A stretch of DNA of 64,000 nt, taken from assembly GCA_045803545.1 (NCBI GenBank), contig JBJMOW010000002.1, positions 460,029 to 524,028 of the forward strand, given 5' to 3'. The notes under the pieces are model-generated. The model did no database searches and had not been told where the DNA came from. It saw only the letters and a program-made list of their open reading frames with translations. Below are positions 10,874 to 22,296 of the stretch, one piece after another (position 1 is the stretch's first letter; each line of letters begins with the position of its first letter). Source of the DNA: Gemmatimonadaceae bacterium. GTDB lineage: Bacteria > Gemmatimonadota > Gemmatimonadetes > Gemmatimonadales > Gemmatimonadaceae. The translations under genes and the position numbers were made by a program.

Positions 10874-11658
10874 TAGCGGTCGAGGATCTGGTGGTGGCGT
10901 ATCCGAACGCTCGAGCGAACGCGGTCGACGGCGTCAGCTTCCAGGGTCCGGACGGACAGATAACAGCACTTGCCGGCCCCAACGGGTCAGGAAAGAGCAC
11001 CATCGTCCGCGCACTGCTCGGCCGAGTCGATGTCAAAAACGGACATGCGAGCATTGACGGTAACAACGCGCGAGCGCTGACGCCAAATGCGCTCGCGCTG
11101 AAGATGGCAGTCGTTCCACAGCGTGAAGAAACGACGTTTCCGATGCGCGTGCGCGACTACGTCGCACTCGGCCGTTACCCACACCTCGGGCTCTGGCGGT
11201 CACCTGACTCGGCGGATAACGAAGCCGTCGATGATGCCCTCGATCAGTCGGGTGTTTCCGATCTCGCCGACAGAACTACGGATGCGCTCTCTGGCGGAGA
11301 GTGGCAACGCGTCAGGATCGCTCGAGCGCTCGCTCAGCGAGCGCCCGCGCTTGTGCTGGATGAGCCAACGACATTTCTCGATGTCGCGCACGAGATGGCC
11401 ATTTTCGAGCTGCTGTCATCGCAGGCGCGGGCCGGCCTCACCGTCCTGCTGGTCAGTCACCAGCTCAATCTTCTCGCGCGCTTTGCCGACACAATCGTAC
11501 TGCTCGATCACGGAAAGGTCGCCGTCAGCGGGCGTCCGAACGACGTGATGAAAGCTGACCGGCTTGAATCGATCTACGGCTGGCCGGTTGTGATTACCCG
11601 TGACCCGGCGATTGGCGCGCCGGCGCTAGTTCCACTTCGCCGCCCCTTACGGACATGA
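10870..11658 (+). CDS. btuD: ABC transporter ATPase (BtuD/FepC-like)
   Basis: GPNGSGKST, LSGGE, LDEPT. Confidence 0.85.
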   Translation: MIAVEDLVVAYPNARANAVDGVSFQGPDGQITALAGPNGSGKSTIVRALLGRVDVKNGHASIDGNNARALTPNALALKMAVVPQREETTFPMRVRDYVALGRYPHLGLWRSPDSADNEAVDDALDQSGVSDLADRTTDALSGGEWQRVRIARALAQRAPALVLDEPTTFLDVAHEMAIFELLSSQARAGLTVLLVSHQLNLLARFADTIVLLDHGKVAVSGRPNDVMKADRLESIYGWPVVITRDPAIGAPALVPLRRPLRT

Positions 11659-11680
11659 ACAGTTCATCAGAGAGAGACAA

Positions 11681-13636
11681 ATGATGAAGGCCACAATCGC
11701 GTTACTCGGGACTGCGCTCTCAGTAGCCACCCGCAACCTTCGCGCGCAGAGCCCCGATACCACCACCCTCGAGCCTGTGATCGTCTCGGCGTCGACCCAA
11801 CCGCGGAAAGCCGACGCCCTGTCCCAGGCGGTGACGGTTTTGTCAGGTGATGATCTCCGTGCGCGCGGAGTTACCCGGGTCACCGACGCTTTGCGCGAGG
11901 TGCCTGGCGCCCAACTCGTGCAGAGCGGCTCGTTCGGCTCGCTTACATCGTTATTCCTCCGTGGCGGAGAAAGCAGGTACACCAAAGTTCTCATCGATGG
12001 TGTACCGGTGAATTCCGCAGGTGGTGCGTTTGACTTCGGTCATCTCACCACGGACAACATCGACCGCATCGAGATCGTGCGCGGGCCGGCAAGCGTTCTA
12101 TATGGCGCGGACGCCGTCACGGGCGTCGTCCAGATCTTCACGCGGCGCGGAACCACCAGTCCGTCCGCATCGCTGTCCGCACGCGGTGGGACATATGGAA
12201 CCGTCGACGTCGACGGTAACACGGCGGGGTCCATCGGAGTGGCGAGCTACTCGCTGGGCGCCGGCCACCATTCGAGTGATGGCATTCTGCAGTTCAATAA
12301 CGAGTATCGGAATGGGACGTTGAGCAGCTCTGTTGGCATCGGTAACGGCGAACTTGGAGAAGCGCGCGTGTCGGCGCGCTACACGACGGCGGAGTTTCAC
12401 TACCCCACCGATTTCACCGGGCAGCCGGTCGACACGAACTCGTATCGCGTTCAACACCGCCTGACGATCGGTTTGGACGCGAACCGCAATCTTGGCGCGC
12501 GCGCGCAGGCGCGACTGCTCGCCGGTACTAACGACGTCTACGACCTCAGCGAAGACATCTCCGTCCCATTTGGCTCGCCTGCGCCTGAGCACTCCGCTTT
12601 CCGGTCGCGAGGCTACCGTCGAAACGTCGAGGGGCGTCTCGCGTTTTTCCTTCCCAGGAACAACGCGTTGACGATCGGCGCGGTGCTGGAGCAGGAACAT
12701 GAGAACAGCGCAACCGGTTCCGGAGCAGTTGGATCACCGACGACGCAGACAGATGCCTTCGATGCCAGCCGTCACAACGTCGCGTACTACACGGAGCTGC
12801 TGGGAAATCCGGTCGATCGATTGTCCTTCACAGTGAGCGGGCGAGTCGACGACAACTCCGACTATGCGCGTTACCCGACATACCGGTTGGGAGGTAACCT
12901 GGGAATCATTAGCGGTCTGCGTCTAAGAGCCTCGCTCAGTAGCGCCTTCAATGCGCCCGCGTTCAACGAGCTGCGTCCAACGCTGTACACTATCGGCAGC
13001 CCCGATCTCCGGCCGGAGAAAATTCGTTCAGCTGAACTCGGTGTCGTCGGATCGCTCCTTGGAGATGCCGTGCGCCTCACCGCCAGCTATTTCACTCAGC
13101 GCTTCGCTGACTTGATCCAGTACATCAACGGCGGGCCACCAGATTTCAAGGGAAGCTATGCGAATCTCAATGCCGCGGTGTCGAACGGATACGAAGCGGA
13201 GGTCCAGGCGTTGCTGGGCGCCGGCTGGCGTGGGAATGCCAGCTTCACAGTCGTGAATCCGCGGGTAGAGGCGGTGGACGTGGGCTATCAGGGTGGGGAC
13301 CGCGCCGGCGACGCGCTTCTGCGGCGTCCCAGCCATTCAGGAACGTTGGGGCTGTCGTATTTCGATAAGCGCGGATTCAACGCAAGTACCACCGCGGTAT
13401 ATGTGGGACAGCGACCAGATCTCGACTTCTCGCAGTTCCCGTCGCCGAGAGTCTCCCTGCCGGCATACACACGAGTCGACATTTCGGGAGAGCTCCCGCT
13501 ACTGAAACAGGTTACAAGGCTGACGCTCACAGCGCGCGTCGAGAATCTCTTTGACCGACGCTACGAGGAGGTTCTGCACTTTGCAGCGCCAGGGCGAACG
13601 ATTCTGATCGGCGGCAGAGCAGCGGCGATATTCTGA
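11681..13636 (+). CDS. btuB: TonB-dependent receptor, probably for cobalamin
   Basis: Plug motif RIEIVRGPASVLYGADAVTGVV, ENLFD, C-terminal Phe; riboswitch operon. Confidence 0.85.
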   Translation: MMKATIALLGTALSVATRNLRAQSPDTTTLEPVIVSASTQPRKADALSQAVTVLSGDDLRARGVTRVTDALREVPGAQLVQSGSFGSLTSLFLRGGESRYTKVLIDGVPVNSAGGAFDFGHLTTDNIDRIEIVRGPASVLYGADAVTGVVQIFTRRGTTSPSASLSARGGTYGTVDVDGNTAGSIGVASYSLGAGHHSSDGILQFNNEYRNGTLSSSVGIGNGELGEARVSARYTTAEFHYPTDFTGQPVDTNSYRVQHRLTIGLDANRNLGARAQARLLAGTNDVYDLSEDISVPFGSPAPEHSAFRSRGYRRNVEGRLAFFLPRNNALTIGAVLEQEHENSATGSGAVGSPTTQTDAFDASRHNVAYYTELLGNPVDRLSFTVSGRVDDNSDYARYPTYRLGGNLGIISGLRLRASLSSAFNAPAFNELRPTLYTIGSPDLRPEKIRSAELGVVGSLLGDAVRLTASYFTQRFADLIQYINGGPPDFKGSYANLNAAVSNGYEAEVQALLGAGWRGNASFTVVNPRVEAVDVGYQGGDRAGDALLRRPSHSGTLGLSYFDKRGFNASTTAVYVGQRPDLDFSQFPSPRVSLPAYTRVDISGELPLLKQVTRLTLTARVENLFDRRYEEVLHFAAPGRTILIGGRAAAIF

Positions 13637-13672
13637 CGTGCGAGCGGTTTGTCCCACGTTTACATTCTTTGA

Positions 13673-14464
13673 ATGTCGCTGCTGGTTACCGACGCGATCG
13701 TCCTTCACGCGTTCGATTATCTCGAAAGCTCACGTATCATCCGGCTACTGACGCGCGACGCCGGTGTGCAGTCCGTGCTCGCCCGCGGCGCGCGTAAATC
13801 CCGGGGTCGTTACGGCTCGGCGCTGGATCTATTCGCAGAAGGCGCCGCCCAGCTGTACATCAAGCCGAATCGCGAGCTGCATAACCTGTCGTCGTTCGAG
13901 GTATCGCGCGCGCGCAGCGAGCTCGCGTTCGACATCGGTCGTTTCACGGCCGCATCAGCGATCGCTGAGCTGGCGCTCCGCTTTGGTGGGGAGGAAGCAA
14001 ACCCTCTACTGTTTGAGACCGTAGCAGACACTCTCGACACGCTCACCAACGCCACGCCTGGAGCCACCGTCGAGGACGGCCTGGCGGGCTGCTGGCGAAT
14101 CATCTCGGTGCTGGGATTCACACCAGAGTTGTCGAGCTGCGCGCTCTGTCACGCGCCGTTACGGGACGTAGATGATGCGACATTTTCGCACACGGCGGGC
14201 GGGATCGTATGTCCTTCGTGCAGCAGGCTCGCACCAATCGGGCGGCGCATTCCATCGAGTGCGCGAAATACGATCCGCAGCTGGCTCGAAGAGGAGATGC
14301 CGATGCATGACGGAGTTCGTGCAGATGCACCGCCTCCGCTCGGCGAGAACGAAGGTCGGTCGCATCAGCGCTTGCTTCGCGAGTTCATCGGCGCACACGT
14401 CGGTGACGATCGACCGTTGCGGGCATTCGCGGTGTGGGAGCACGAGCGCTGGAGCGCCGCGTGA
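13673..14464 (+). CDS. recO: DNA repair protein RecO
   Basis: N-terminal OB fold (ESSRIIRLLT, ARGARK); CxxC...CxxC zinc finger. Confidence 0.92.
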   Translation: MSLLVTDAIVLHAFDYLESSRIIRLLTRDAGVQSVLARGARKSRGRYGSALDLFAEGAAQLYIKPNRELHNLSSFEVSRARSELAFDIGRFTAASAIAELALRFGGEEANPLLFETVADTLDTLTNATPGATVEDGLAGCWRIISVLGFTPELSSCALCHAPLRDVDDATFSHTAGGIVCPSCSRLAPIGRRIPSSARNTIRSWLEEEMPMHDGVRADAPPPLGENEGRSHQRLLREFIGAHVGDDRPLRAFAVWEHERWSAA

Positions 14465-16347
14465 TCATCGGTACTGCGGGTCATATCGATCACGGCAAAA
14501 CTGCACTCGTCAAAGCCCTGACGGGCGTAGATACAGACCGGCTCCCGGAAGAAAAGCGGCGCGGGATTACGATCGATCTCGGGTTCGCGTCCCTGGCGCT
14601 CGACGGTGTTGGAACCGTCGGTGTCATCGATGTGCCGGGTCACGAGGATTTCGTGCGCAGCATGGTGGTCGGTGCCAGCGGGATCGACCTCGGTCTGCTC
14701 GTCATCGCTGCTGACGAGGGCGTGATGCCGCAGACTGTCGAACACCTCTCCATCCTCCAGCTCCTGGACATTCCTCTGATTGCAGTTGCAATCACGAAGT
14801 CTGATCTCGTCGATTCCGACTGGGTCGCAATGGTGCAGCAGGATGTGCTCAGACTTTTCACGCAGAAGCAGCTGCGCGAACCAGCCATCATGGTGTGCTC
14901 GGCGCGCACGGGTGCTGGCATCGATGCCCTTCGTGCCACTCTGTCGCGCCTTCTCGCGAACGTCGTCAGTCGTCGTGCCGGCGATGTGTTTCGGCTTCCG
15001 GTCGACCGGTGTTTCACGATAAAGGGCACGGGAACAGTGGTTACGGGAACGGTCTGGAGCGGAGAGCTGGACGTAGACGCGAATGTCTTCATCTTGCCGA
15101 CGCAGCGCGCTGCTCGGGTGCGTCGATTGGAGCAGCACGGCAAAATGTCGTCGCAGATCGAAGCCGGCTCGCGAGCCGCTATCGCGCTAGCGGGCGTCGA
15201 GGTGAACGAAGCACCGCGCGGGTCCGTCGTCGTGCGCGATGAGAGCTGGAAAGCAACATCGTTGTTCGAAGCAGTAGTGCGTATTGACCGCGGCTCGGTG
15301 CAGGCGTTGACACCGAGAACGCGCTTGCGGCTGCATGCTGGCGCGACAGAAGTCGGCGCGCAGCTGACGCGCGGTGGTGTCCAGCGAACCACGGGAGATG
15401 CGCTTGCGCGGCTCGTCACCGATGCTCCGATCGTCCTGCGTGGTGGTGACCGTTTCGTGCTGCGGCTTCCGGCGCCATTGCGCACCATCGGAGGCGGAGT
15501 TGTCATCGACCCATACGCGCGTCGGCGACGACTTCCTGCATGGGGCGACCGGCTCGCGCTTCTATCCCGCGATGCGACCACGCGTCTCCGGTACATTCTC
15601 GAAACGCAGGCAACACACGGCTTGCACAAGCGAGACGTTCCGATACGCGTCGGCTGTACACCGGCGGAGGTTGGGGCGATAGCAGGCGCCAGCGGAGCCT
15701 ACGTCGCCACGCACAACCTTTTCCTGCCCGCAGCTGTCGAACAAGTAATGGCAAGCGTTAGAAGAATCGTCGCGGAATTCGAGATCAAATCTCCATTGGC
15801 GGTCGGCATTCCCACGCGGACCGTGCGCGAGAGCCTGCGCGTCAACGAGGAGCTCGCTGACGTGGCGATCTCAGGCCTGCAGCAGTTGGGCGAGGTCGAA
15901 GCTGCGGGCCCGCTCCTGCGTCGTGTCGGCTGGACGCCATCGCCGACCGCGCGTGATCTCGAAGCGACAAACCGCGTGGCGCATGATATTTGCGCTGCGG
16001 AGCAGGAGCCGCCAAGCGTGAGCGAGTTGGTCACGCGTTATGGCAGCTCGGTGCCTGCTTTGCTTCGCATGTTGGAGCGGCAGGGGCGAGTCGTTCAGGT
16101 GGAGCGAGATCGCTACTACGACCGGATTGCTCTTGATGCGATGATCGCGCAGCTCAAGGAGACGTTGAAACCTGGCGAGGTTTACGCCCCCGCCCAGCTT
16201 CGGGACGTCTTGGGATCGTCACGAAAGTTTCTGATCCCGTTCCTCGAGTTTTGCGATCGGCGCGGGGTTACTGAACGGCGTGGCGATGGGAGGGTATTAA
16301 AGGAAACCCCCGAGGTTTTGCTTGACACCTCAACCACGCGTTCATAA
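14461..16347 (+). CDS. selB: Selenocysteine-specific elongation factor
   Basis: [33 protein letters not shown]-terminal [13 protein letters not shown] winged helix; GTG start at 14461. Confidence 0.95.
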   Translation: MIIGTAGHIDHGKTALVKALTGVDTDRLPEEKRRGITIDLGFASLALDGVGTVGVIDVPGHEDFVRSMVVGASGIDLGLLVIAADEGVMPQTVEHLSILQLLDIPLIAVAITKSDLVDSDWVAMVQQDVLRLFTQKQLREPAIMVCSARTGAGIDALRATLSRLLANVVSRRAGDVFRLPVDRCFTIKGTGTVVTGTVWSGELDVDANVFILPTQRAARVRRLEQHGKMSSQIEAGSRAAIALAGVEVNEAPRGSVVVRDESWKATSLFEAVVRIDRGSVQALTPRTRLRLHAGATEVGAQLTRGGVQRTTGDALARLVTDAPIVLRGGDRFVLRLPAPLRTIGGGVVIDPYARRRRLPAWGDRLALLSRDATTRLRYILETQATHGLHKRDVPIRVGCTPAEVGAIAGASGAYVATHNLFLPAAVEQVMASVRRIVAEFEIKSPLAVGIPTRTVRESLRVNEELADVAISGLQQLGEVEAAGPLLRRVGWTPSPTARDLEATNRVAHDICAAEQEPPSVSELVTRYGSSVPALLRMLERQGRVVQVERDRYYDRIALDAMIAQLKETLKPGEVYAPAQLRDVLGSSRKFLIPFLEFCDRRGVTERRGDGRVLKETPEVLLDTSTTRS

Positions 16348-16350
16348 GTT
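16322..16350 (+). promoter_or_regulatory. Putative sigma70 promoter
   Basis: TTGACA-N17-TAAGTT. Confidence 0.5.
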
Positions 16351-16423
16351 CGCGCCAGAGAACACATGTCCACCTTGGTAGGAGTTAGCGTCTAAAGACC
16401 CTTTTTCGTCAGTTGGAGACAAC

Positions 16424-16888
16424 ATGAAGCAGCTGTGTCGGGCGCTGTTCCTGGTGCTCGTAATCGGCGCGTTCATGCCAAGTCGTTCGGCGGCTCAGGG
16501 TATTCAGACCCAAAACCCCGGAGGACAAGGCGCCGGGTTGCAGTTGAAGCAGAATTACCCAAACCCGGTCACCCAAGACACCCATATCGAGTTTGTAGTA
16601 GGCGATGCGCAGGGATGCTCGGATCCGGGTCGTCAACACCGCGTCACACTGAAAGTGTACAACCTGCTGGCTCAGCAGATCGCTGTGCCGGTTTTGCAAG
16701 GCGGTGTGGGGAATGCGGCTGGTGGTGAGGCGTTGGAGAACCAGCTTTTGACTTGCGGTTCTTACCTCGCATACTGGGACGGGAAGTACTCACAGACTGG
16801 AGATGACGTTGCTTCCGGGATCTACCTTTTTCGGCTCGAAGTCGACGGAAAGGTCCTCGTGAAGAAGATGATCGTAAGGAAGCAGTAG
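16424..16888 (+). CDS. Secreted protein resembling a stand-alone T9SS type-A sorting / FlgD-Ig-like domain
   Basis: Signal peptide, then LKQNYPNP, LKVYNLL, YWDG, ASGIYLFRL and terminal KKMIVRK. Confidence 0.7.
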   Translation: MKQLCRALFLVLVIGAFMPSRSAAQGIQTQNPGGQGAGLQLKQNYPNPVTQDTHIEFVVGDAQGCSDPGRQHRVTLKVYNLLAQQIAVPVLQGGVGNAAGGEALENQLLTCGSYLAYWDGKYSQTGDDVASGIYLFRLEVDGKVLVKKMIVRKQ

Positions 16889-16904
16889 TCCGCCATTTTC
16901 TCAT

Positions 16905-16942
16905 GCGCGCTCTGGCAGAAATGCCAGAGCGCGCTTCTTTTT
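16905..16942 (+). terminator. Intrinsic terminator
   Basis: GCGCGCTCTGGCA-GAAA-TGCCAGAGCGCGC followed by TTCTTTTT. Confidence 0.85.
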
Positions 16943-16976
16943 GGGACATGATCTACGCCAACTTGGCGGGTTTTAT

Positions 16977-16993
16977 GCGGCATCCGCGTTGCA
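16977..16993 (+). promoter_or_regulatory. Putative sigma54 (-24/-12) promoter for clpB
   Basis: CGGCATCCGCGTTGCA: GG-N10-GC with GGCA and TTGCA, about 40 bp before the clpB ATG. Confidence 0.5.
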
Positions 16994-17032
16994 CTTTTCC
17001 CAAGCTCTGCGCCGAACTGCCTCTGACAAACG

Positions 17033-19645
17033 ATGATCAGTCCTGACCGACTTACCGTAAAAGCAACCGAAGCGCTGAATGAAGCCGTAGATCTCGCGCG
17101 GCGCACGGGCAACCCGCTCGTCTACGATCTGCATCTCCTGACGGCGCTGCTGGATCAGGATGAGGGAATCGTCGTTCCCGTCCTTCAGAAGCTCGGTGTC
17201 AGTGTCGCGCAGCTCCGCGAAGCAGTGGGTCGAGAGATGGCGCGTTATCCCAAGCAGTCCAAAGCGCAGCCAACGCTTTCGCGCGAGATCAACCAGGTAT
17301 TTGACAAGGCTGAAGCCGATGCGCGTAAGCTGGGCGACGACTTCGTCTCGACCGAGCATTTCCTGCTCGCCCTCTCGGACGTAAAAGGCACTGAAAGCCG
17401 AACGCTCCTCAGCGAAGTCGGCGCCGGGCACGACGAGCTGCTCGAGGCCCTGGAGCAGGTTCGTGGTTCACATCGCGTCACTGACCAAACTCCGGAGAAC
17501 CAATACCAGGCGCTGCAGCGCTACACGCGCGATCTCACTGAAGTCGCTCGCAAGGGAAAGCTCGATCCCGTCATCGGACGCGATGAGGAGATTCGTCGCG
17601 TCGTACAGGTTCTCTCACGCCGTACCAAGAACAATCCGGTTCTGATCGGCGAGCCGGGTGTGGGCAAAACCGCCATCGCTGAGGGCCTCGCTCAGCGCAT
17701 CGCCAACGGCGACGTCCCGGAAGGTCTCCGCAACAAGCGCCTTGTCTCGCTCGACCTTGGCGCACTGATCGCAGGGGCGAAATTCCGCGGCGAGTTCGAG
17801 GAGCGGTTGAAGGCTGTTCTCAAAGAAATCACCGAGGGCGAAGGCAGGTTCATCGTCTTCATCGACGAGTTGCACACCATTGTCGGCGCCGGCAAGGCGG
17901 AAGGCTCGATGGATGCCGGCAACATGCTGAAGCCGATGCTCGCGCGCGGCGAGCTACGAGTTGTCGGCGCCACCACCCTCGACGAGTATCGGAAGAACAT
18001 CGAGAAAGACGCTGCACTAGAGCGGCGATTCCAGCCTGTTTACGTCGGCGAACCGACCGTCGAGAATACGATCGCGATCCTGCGCGGTCTCAAGGAGCGC
18101 TACGAGTCTCATCACGGCGTGCGCATCACCGACGGCGCGATCGTAGCCGCTGCCACGCTCTCCAACAGGTACATCGGCGATCGCTTTCTGCCCGACAAGG
18201 CAATCGATTTGATCGACGAGGCGGCGTCTCGCCTGCGCATCGAGATAGATTCGATGCCGCAGGAGATCGACGAAGTCGAGCGCCGCATCACTCAGCTCGA
18301 GATCGAGCGTCAGGCGCTGCAAAAAGAAAAAGACAAAGCTTCACGGGAGCGACTGAGCGCCCTCGAACGCGATCTCGCCGAACTGCGCGAGAAATCCGCA
18401 GGGATGAAGGCGCAGTGGCAGCAGGAGAAAGAGACACTGGGCGCAGTCGGCAAGATCACCCAACAAATCGAGCAGGCGCGCATGGAAGCCGAGCGCGTTA
18501 CTCGCGCAGGTGATCTCCAAAAGGCCGCAGAGATCACCTATGGTCAGATTCCCCAGCTCGAGCGCCAGATGCGGGAAGCGGAGCAGAAGCTGGCCAGCAG
18601 GCAGGGCGGGGGAGCTCGCTTCCTCAAAGAGGAAGTTACCGCTGAGGACGTGGCCGAGATCGTCTCGAAATGGACTGGCATTCCCGTCGCGAAGATGATG
18701 GAAGGGGAGCGCGAGCGCCTAACCAAGCTGGAGAATGAGCTGGCACAGCGAGTGATCGGTCAGGAAGAAGCCGTCGCGGCTGTAGCAAACGCGGTCCGCC
18801 GGTCGAGGGCTGGTCTGCAGGATCCCAACCGCCCTATCGGCTCGTTCATCTTCCTCGGTCCCACGGGTGTCGGGAAAACCGAGACTGCTCGCGCGCTGGC
18901 CGAATTCCTGTTCGACAACGAGCACGCGATGGTGCGCATCGACATGTCCGAGTACATGGAGAAGCATGCCGTTGCGCGATTGATCGGCGCGCCGCCCGGT
19001 TACGTCGGATTCGAGGAGGGTGGCCAACTTACCGAAGCGATTCGTCGCCGCCCGTATTCGGTAGTGCTGTTCGATGAAATAGAGAAAGCGCATCCAGACG
19101 TGTTCAACATCCTGCTGCAAATCCTGGATGACGGGCGCCTCACCGACTCACAGGGTCGAACCGTCGATTTCAGGAATACCGTCATAATCATGACGTCGAA
19201 CATCGGCAGCACCTACATCCTCGAGCACACCGGTGACGATCGTGCCGTGGTCGAAGCACAGGTGTTGAGCGCGTTGCGTCAACACTTCCGTCCCGAGTTT
19301 CTCAACCGCGTTGATGACATCATCATCTTCCGTCCGCTCGGCAAGGAGCAGATCGAGCACATCATCGACCTGCAGCTCAAGCGGCTCGAGCAGCTGCTCG
19401 CAGAGCGAAAGCTCACGTTCGAGCTGACACCGGGAGCGAGGGAGGTGCTCGCAACCGAGGGTTACGATCCTGCGTTCGGTGCTCGGCCGCTCAAGCGCGC
19501 GATCCAGCGCTTGTTGCAGAACCCCCTGGCGCTGGCGGTGCTCGAGGGTCGTTTTTCGGAAGGTGATCACATCATCGTCGATCGTGATTCCCGGGGAGAG
19601 CTGACGTTCCGCAAGACAAACGAGCCTGCGCTTGCAGGCAGATAG
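17033..19645 (+). CDS. clpB: ATP-dependent disaggregase ClpB
   Basis: Two AAA+ modules ([16 protein letters not shown]), coiled-coil middle domain, GARPLKR. Confidence 0.97.
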   Translation: MISPDRLTVKATEALNEAVDLARRTGNPLVYDLHLLTALLDQDEGIVVPVLQKLGVSVAQLREAVGREMARYPKQSKAQPTLSREINQVFDKAEADARKLGDDFVSTEHFLLALSDVKGTESRTLLSEVGAGHDELLEALEQVRGSHRVTDQTPENQYQALQRYTRDLTEVARKGKLDPVIGRDEEIRRVVQVLSRRTKNNPVLIGEPGVGKTAIAEGLAQRIANGDVPEGLRNKRLVSLDLGALIAGAKFRGEFEERLKAVLKEITEGEGRFIVFIDELHTIVGAGKAEGSMDAGNMLKPMLARGELRVVGATTLDEYRKNIEKDAALERRFQPVYVGEPTVENTIAILRGLKERYESHHGVRITDGAIVAAATLSNRYIGDRFLPDKAIDLIDEAASRLRIEIDSMPQEIDEVERRITQLEIERQALQKEKDKASRERLSALERDLAELREKSAGMKAQWQQEKETLGAVGKITQQIEQARMEAERVTRAGDLQKAAEITYGQIPQLERQMREAEQKLASRQGGGARFLKEEVTAEDVAEIVSKWTGIPVAKMMEGERERLTKLENELAQRVIGQEEAVAAVANAVRRSRAGLQDPNRPIGSFIFLGPTGVGKTETARALAEFLFDNEHAMVRIDMSEYMEKHAVARLIGAPPGYVGFEEGGQLTEAIRRRPYSVVLFDEIEKAHPDVFNILLQILDDGRLTDSQGRTVDFRNTVIIMTSNIGSTYILEHTGDDRAVVEAQVLSALRQHFRPEFLNRVDDIIIFRPLGKEQIEHIIDLQLKRLEQLLAERKLTFELTPGAREVLATEGYDPAFGARPLKRAIQRLLQNPLALAVLEGRFSEGDHIIVDRDSRGELTFRKTNEPALAGR

Positions 19646-20135
19646 CGCTCGCGAACAGTCATTCGGTGCCTCGTCGCTTACGAACGACGAGCAATACATT
19701 CGTAACGCGCTCGATGTTGCCCGCGAGGCTGCGCGCAGAAATGAAGTCCCCGTTGGGGCGGTGATCGTTCGCGAGGGATCGATCATCGCCGCCGCCTCGA
19801 ACCGCACGCTTCGCGATCAGGATCCGACCGCACACGCGGAAGTGCTGGCGATTCGCGAAGCGTCAGCGAAGCTGGAACGCTGGCGCCTCGAGGACTGCAC
19901 GCTGTTCGTGACCGTAGAGCCTTGCGCGATGTGCGCCGGAGCAATCGTGCTCTCCCGACTCAAGCGCGTCGTATTCGGCGCCTGGGATGAAAAGGCAGGC
20001 ATGGTCGGATCGGTCGAAGACCTGCTCAGGCATCCTCGGCTCAATCACCGGCCCGAGGTGCGCGCGGGTGTGCTCGCTGAAGATTGCGCGCGGTTGATCG
20101 AGGATTTCTTCACGAATCAGCGCACTGCCGTTTGA
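19632..20135 (+). CDS. tadA: tRNA adenosine(34) deaminase
   Basis: EVPVGAV, HAE, EPCAMC; start uncertain. Confidence 0.92.
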   Translation: MQADSAREQSFGASSLTNDEQYIRNALDVAREAARRNEVPVGAVIVREGSIIAAASNRTLRDQDPTAHAEVLAIREASAKLERWRLEDCTLFVTVEPCAMCAGAIVLSRLKRVVFGAWDEKAGMVGSVEDLLRHPRLNHRPEVRAGVLAEDCARLIEDFFTNQRTAV

Positions 20136-20234
20136 TGGCCCTTCATCTGTACGGCGGCCGAAAGCCTGACTAAACACTTGATGGAACCGGGCCGAACTTT
20201 GCAGTAGACCCTACCGACGCCTTCGTGAGTTTGT

Positions 20235-22016
20235 ATGCGCCGGTTAGTCTTTCTTCTGCTCTCGGTCATCGCCTGCCAAGCCGACCGTCTCGCCCCCCGA
20301 CCAGCGATTAGTCGAGATCTCGAAACGACCGTCGCCAACGATGACGGACCGCCGTCGTCGTTTCCTTCCGGTTCGGACACCTATAGAACAGGGCTTTTCA
20401 CCGGAACTGGCCGTCACGCCCTGGATTGCTCACCGACAAGCGATGGTGGGCGGGTATGCAACGGCTACCTCAGAAGTGATGTCGACAAGACGTTGCTCGA
20501 CACTCGTCTCGAGCTTCCCGCCGGCGCAGGGCCATTCCCGCTGGTTGCACTCATTCACGGGTACGGCGGTAGCAAAACCAGCTCGGGAGACATCGCAGCG
20601 CGATTGCGCGCTGATGGATACGCGATTCTTCGCTACTCGACTCGCGGATTCGGAGATTCATGGGGTCAGGTCAATCTCGCGGATTTGCACGCCGAGATCG
20701 GCGATCTAAGAAGCATGATCGGACAGGTGGTGGACGAGAAGGATTTCGCCTTGAATCCGGATGCCGTTGCGGTGACGGGCGCGTCTTACGGCGGAGGACA
20801 TTCCTGGCTCGCGCTCGTTGCGCCCACCTTCGTAACGCAAAAGAAAAACACGGTCCGCATCCGAGCCGTGATTCCCATAGCTCCTTGGAGCGACCTCTTG
20901 TACTCGCTCCTGCCCAATGGTAGACCACACAACTCGCTCGATGGCCTCGGCGCGCTCAAACTGAGTTATGTAAATGGGCTCTACGGCTCCGGGATAAGGC
21001 AGAATCCCGCGCGACCATATCCGAACTATCCGGACTATTTCATCGCCTGGCACGCGTACGTCAACGCGACCGAACCCAGCAGCATTGATCCGGTCTGGCA
21101 ATCGATTACCGACGGCTTCACCATCGGTCGCTCGATCTGGTGGCAGCAAGCCTTCTGGCAAAGTGTGAGCGGCGGATCTCGGGTTCCGGTTTTTCAGGTG
21201 CAAGGCTTTACGGACGATCTCTTTCCGCTGCCGGAAGCGAAACGAATGCTGCTCGCCCTGCAAACTGTCGCGCCTGATTATCCGATCACGTCCTATTTCG
21301 GCGACCTCGGCCATCCCCGAGCTCGCAATCAGGCCGCGGAAGTCGACTATGTGCTGGGCCTGATCGAGCCGTGGCTTGCGTATTACCTCAAAGGCGAAGG
21401 GCCGGCGCCTACACCGTCGATCTACGCTTCGCGAACGGACGAGGCGTTCAATCCGGATCACGTGATTCGAGTGAATGACTGGTCCGGCCTCTCGACGGCC
21501 GAAATAACCGAGGACTGGAACGGCACACCGACGCCGCTGGTCAATCCCGCCACCTGCATTGCGAGTGGAGTGTTCTGGGATCCGTTCGTCGGAATCGCTG
21601 ACGGCGAGCTGCAGCCCTATCTAACCCCGCCACCACCGTCCGACACCGGCGCCTGCAGTCTGTCGACGTTTTCCTTTACTCCGACCTCGGACCTGACTAT
21701 CTCCGGCCAACCGACCGTAACGCTCGACGCTGTCGTTGCTGGTCATCGAGTGCAGCTGAATGTCCGGCTGATCGATGTGAACGGAACGAGCGAGCGCCTG
21801 ATCACGCGTGGAACGATCACGCTCGACGCTGGCCTCGGTGTGAACATTGGAGCCACGCAGATCCTGATTCCGACCTATGGAAATCTCTGGCTGGTGCCAG
21901 CGGGTCATACGATCAGGCTAGAGATCTCCAATGTCGACAGTCCCTACATGACGCCGAGCCGGGAACCTTCGACCACTATCATCAGCGCCGTGCATCTCAG
22001 AGTCCCGACGAGATAA
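20235..22016 (+). CDS. CocE/NonD (S15-like) alpha/beta hydrolase, probable lipoprotein
   Basis: Lipobox-like VIAC, RGFGDS, nucleophile GASYGG, C-terminal GHTIRLEI. Confidence 0.8.
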   Translation: MRRLVFLLLSVIACQADRLAPRPAISRDLETTVANDDGPPSSFPSGSDTYRTGLFTGTGRHALDCSPTSDGGRVCNGYLRSDVDKTLLDTRLELPAGAGPFPLVALIHGYGGSKTSSGDIAARLRADGYAILRYSTRGFGDSWGQVNLADLHAEIGDLRSMIGQVVDEKDFALNPDAVAVTGASYGGGHSWLALVAPTFVTQKKNTVRIRAVIPIAPWSDLLYSLLPNGRPHNSLDGLGALKLSYVNGLYGSGIRQNPARPYPNYPDYFIAWHAYVNATEPSSIDPVWQSITDGFTIGRSIWWQQAFWQSVSGGSRVPVFQVQGFTDDLFPLPEAKRMLLALQTVAPDYPITSYFGDLGHPRARNQAAEVDYVLGLIEPWLAYYLKGEGPAPTPSIYASRTDEAFNPDHVIRVNDWSGLSTAEITEDWNGTPTPLVNPATCIASGVFWDPFVGIADGELQPYLTPPPPSDTGACSLSTFSFTPTSDLTISGQPTVTLDAVVAGHRVQLNVRLIDVNGTSERLITRGTITLDAGLGVNIGATQILIPTYGNLWLVPAGHTIRLEISNVDSPYMTPSREPSTTIISAVHLRVPTR

Positions 22017-22092
22017 TCGGTCCAGGCGAGAGAGAAATTCACTCTCGTTGGGTTGAAGAAGTCGATTTTTCCCGATAACTTCGGTGGCTCCA

Positions 22093-22182
22093 GGACAGGT
22101 GGCCGAGTGGTTGAAGGCACCGGTCTCGAAAACCGGCATACCGGTGAACCCGGTATCGAGAGTTCGAATCTCTCCCTGTCCG
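22093..22182 (+). tRNA. tRNA-Ser(CGA)
   Basis: Cloverleaf; anticodon arm CCGGT-CTCGAAA-ACCGG; long variable arm; GTTCGAATC; CCA not encoded. Confidence 0.95.
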
Positions 22183-22208
22183 TAGTTTCCTCCCGAAAAA
22201 ATCTGTCA

Positions 22209-22296
22209 GGACGGGTGGCCGAGTGGTTTAAGGCGCACGCCTGGAAAGTGTGTGTACGTTCATAGCGTACCGTGGGTTCGAATCCCACCCCGTCCG
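22209..22296 (+). tRNA. tRNA-Ser(GGA), prophage integration target
   Basis: Anticodon arm CACGC-CTGGAAA-GTGTG; long variable arm; 3' part repeated from 63777. Confidence 0.95.

Noticed and set aside
4267..19807. Long antisense ORFs over ptsI, metK, selB and clpB
   Set aside because: Expected shadows of high-GC codon usage opposite well-conserved genes.
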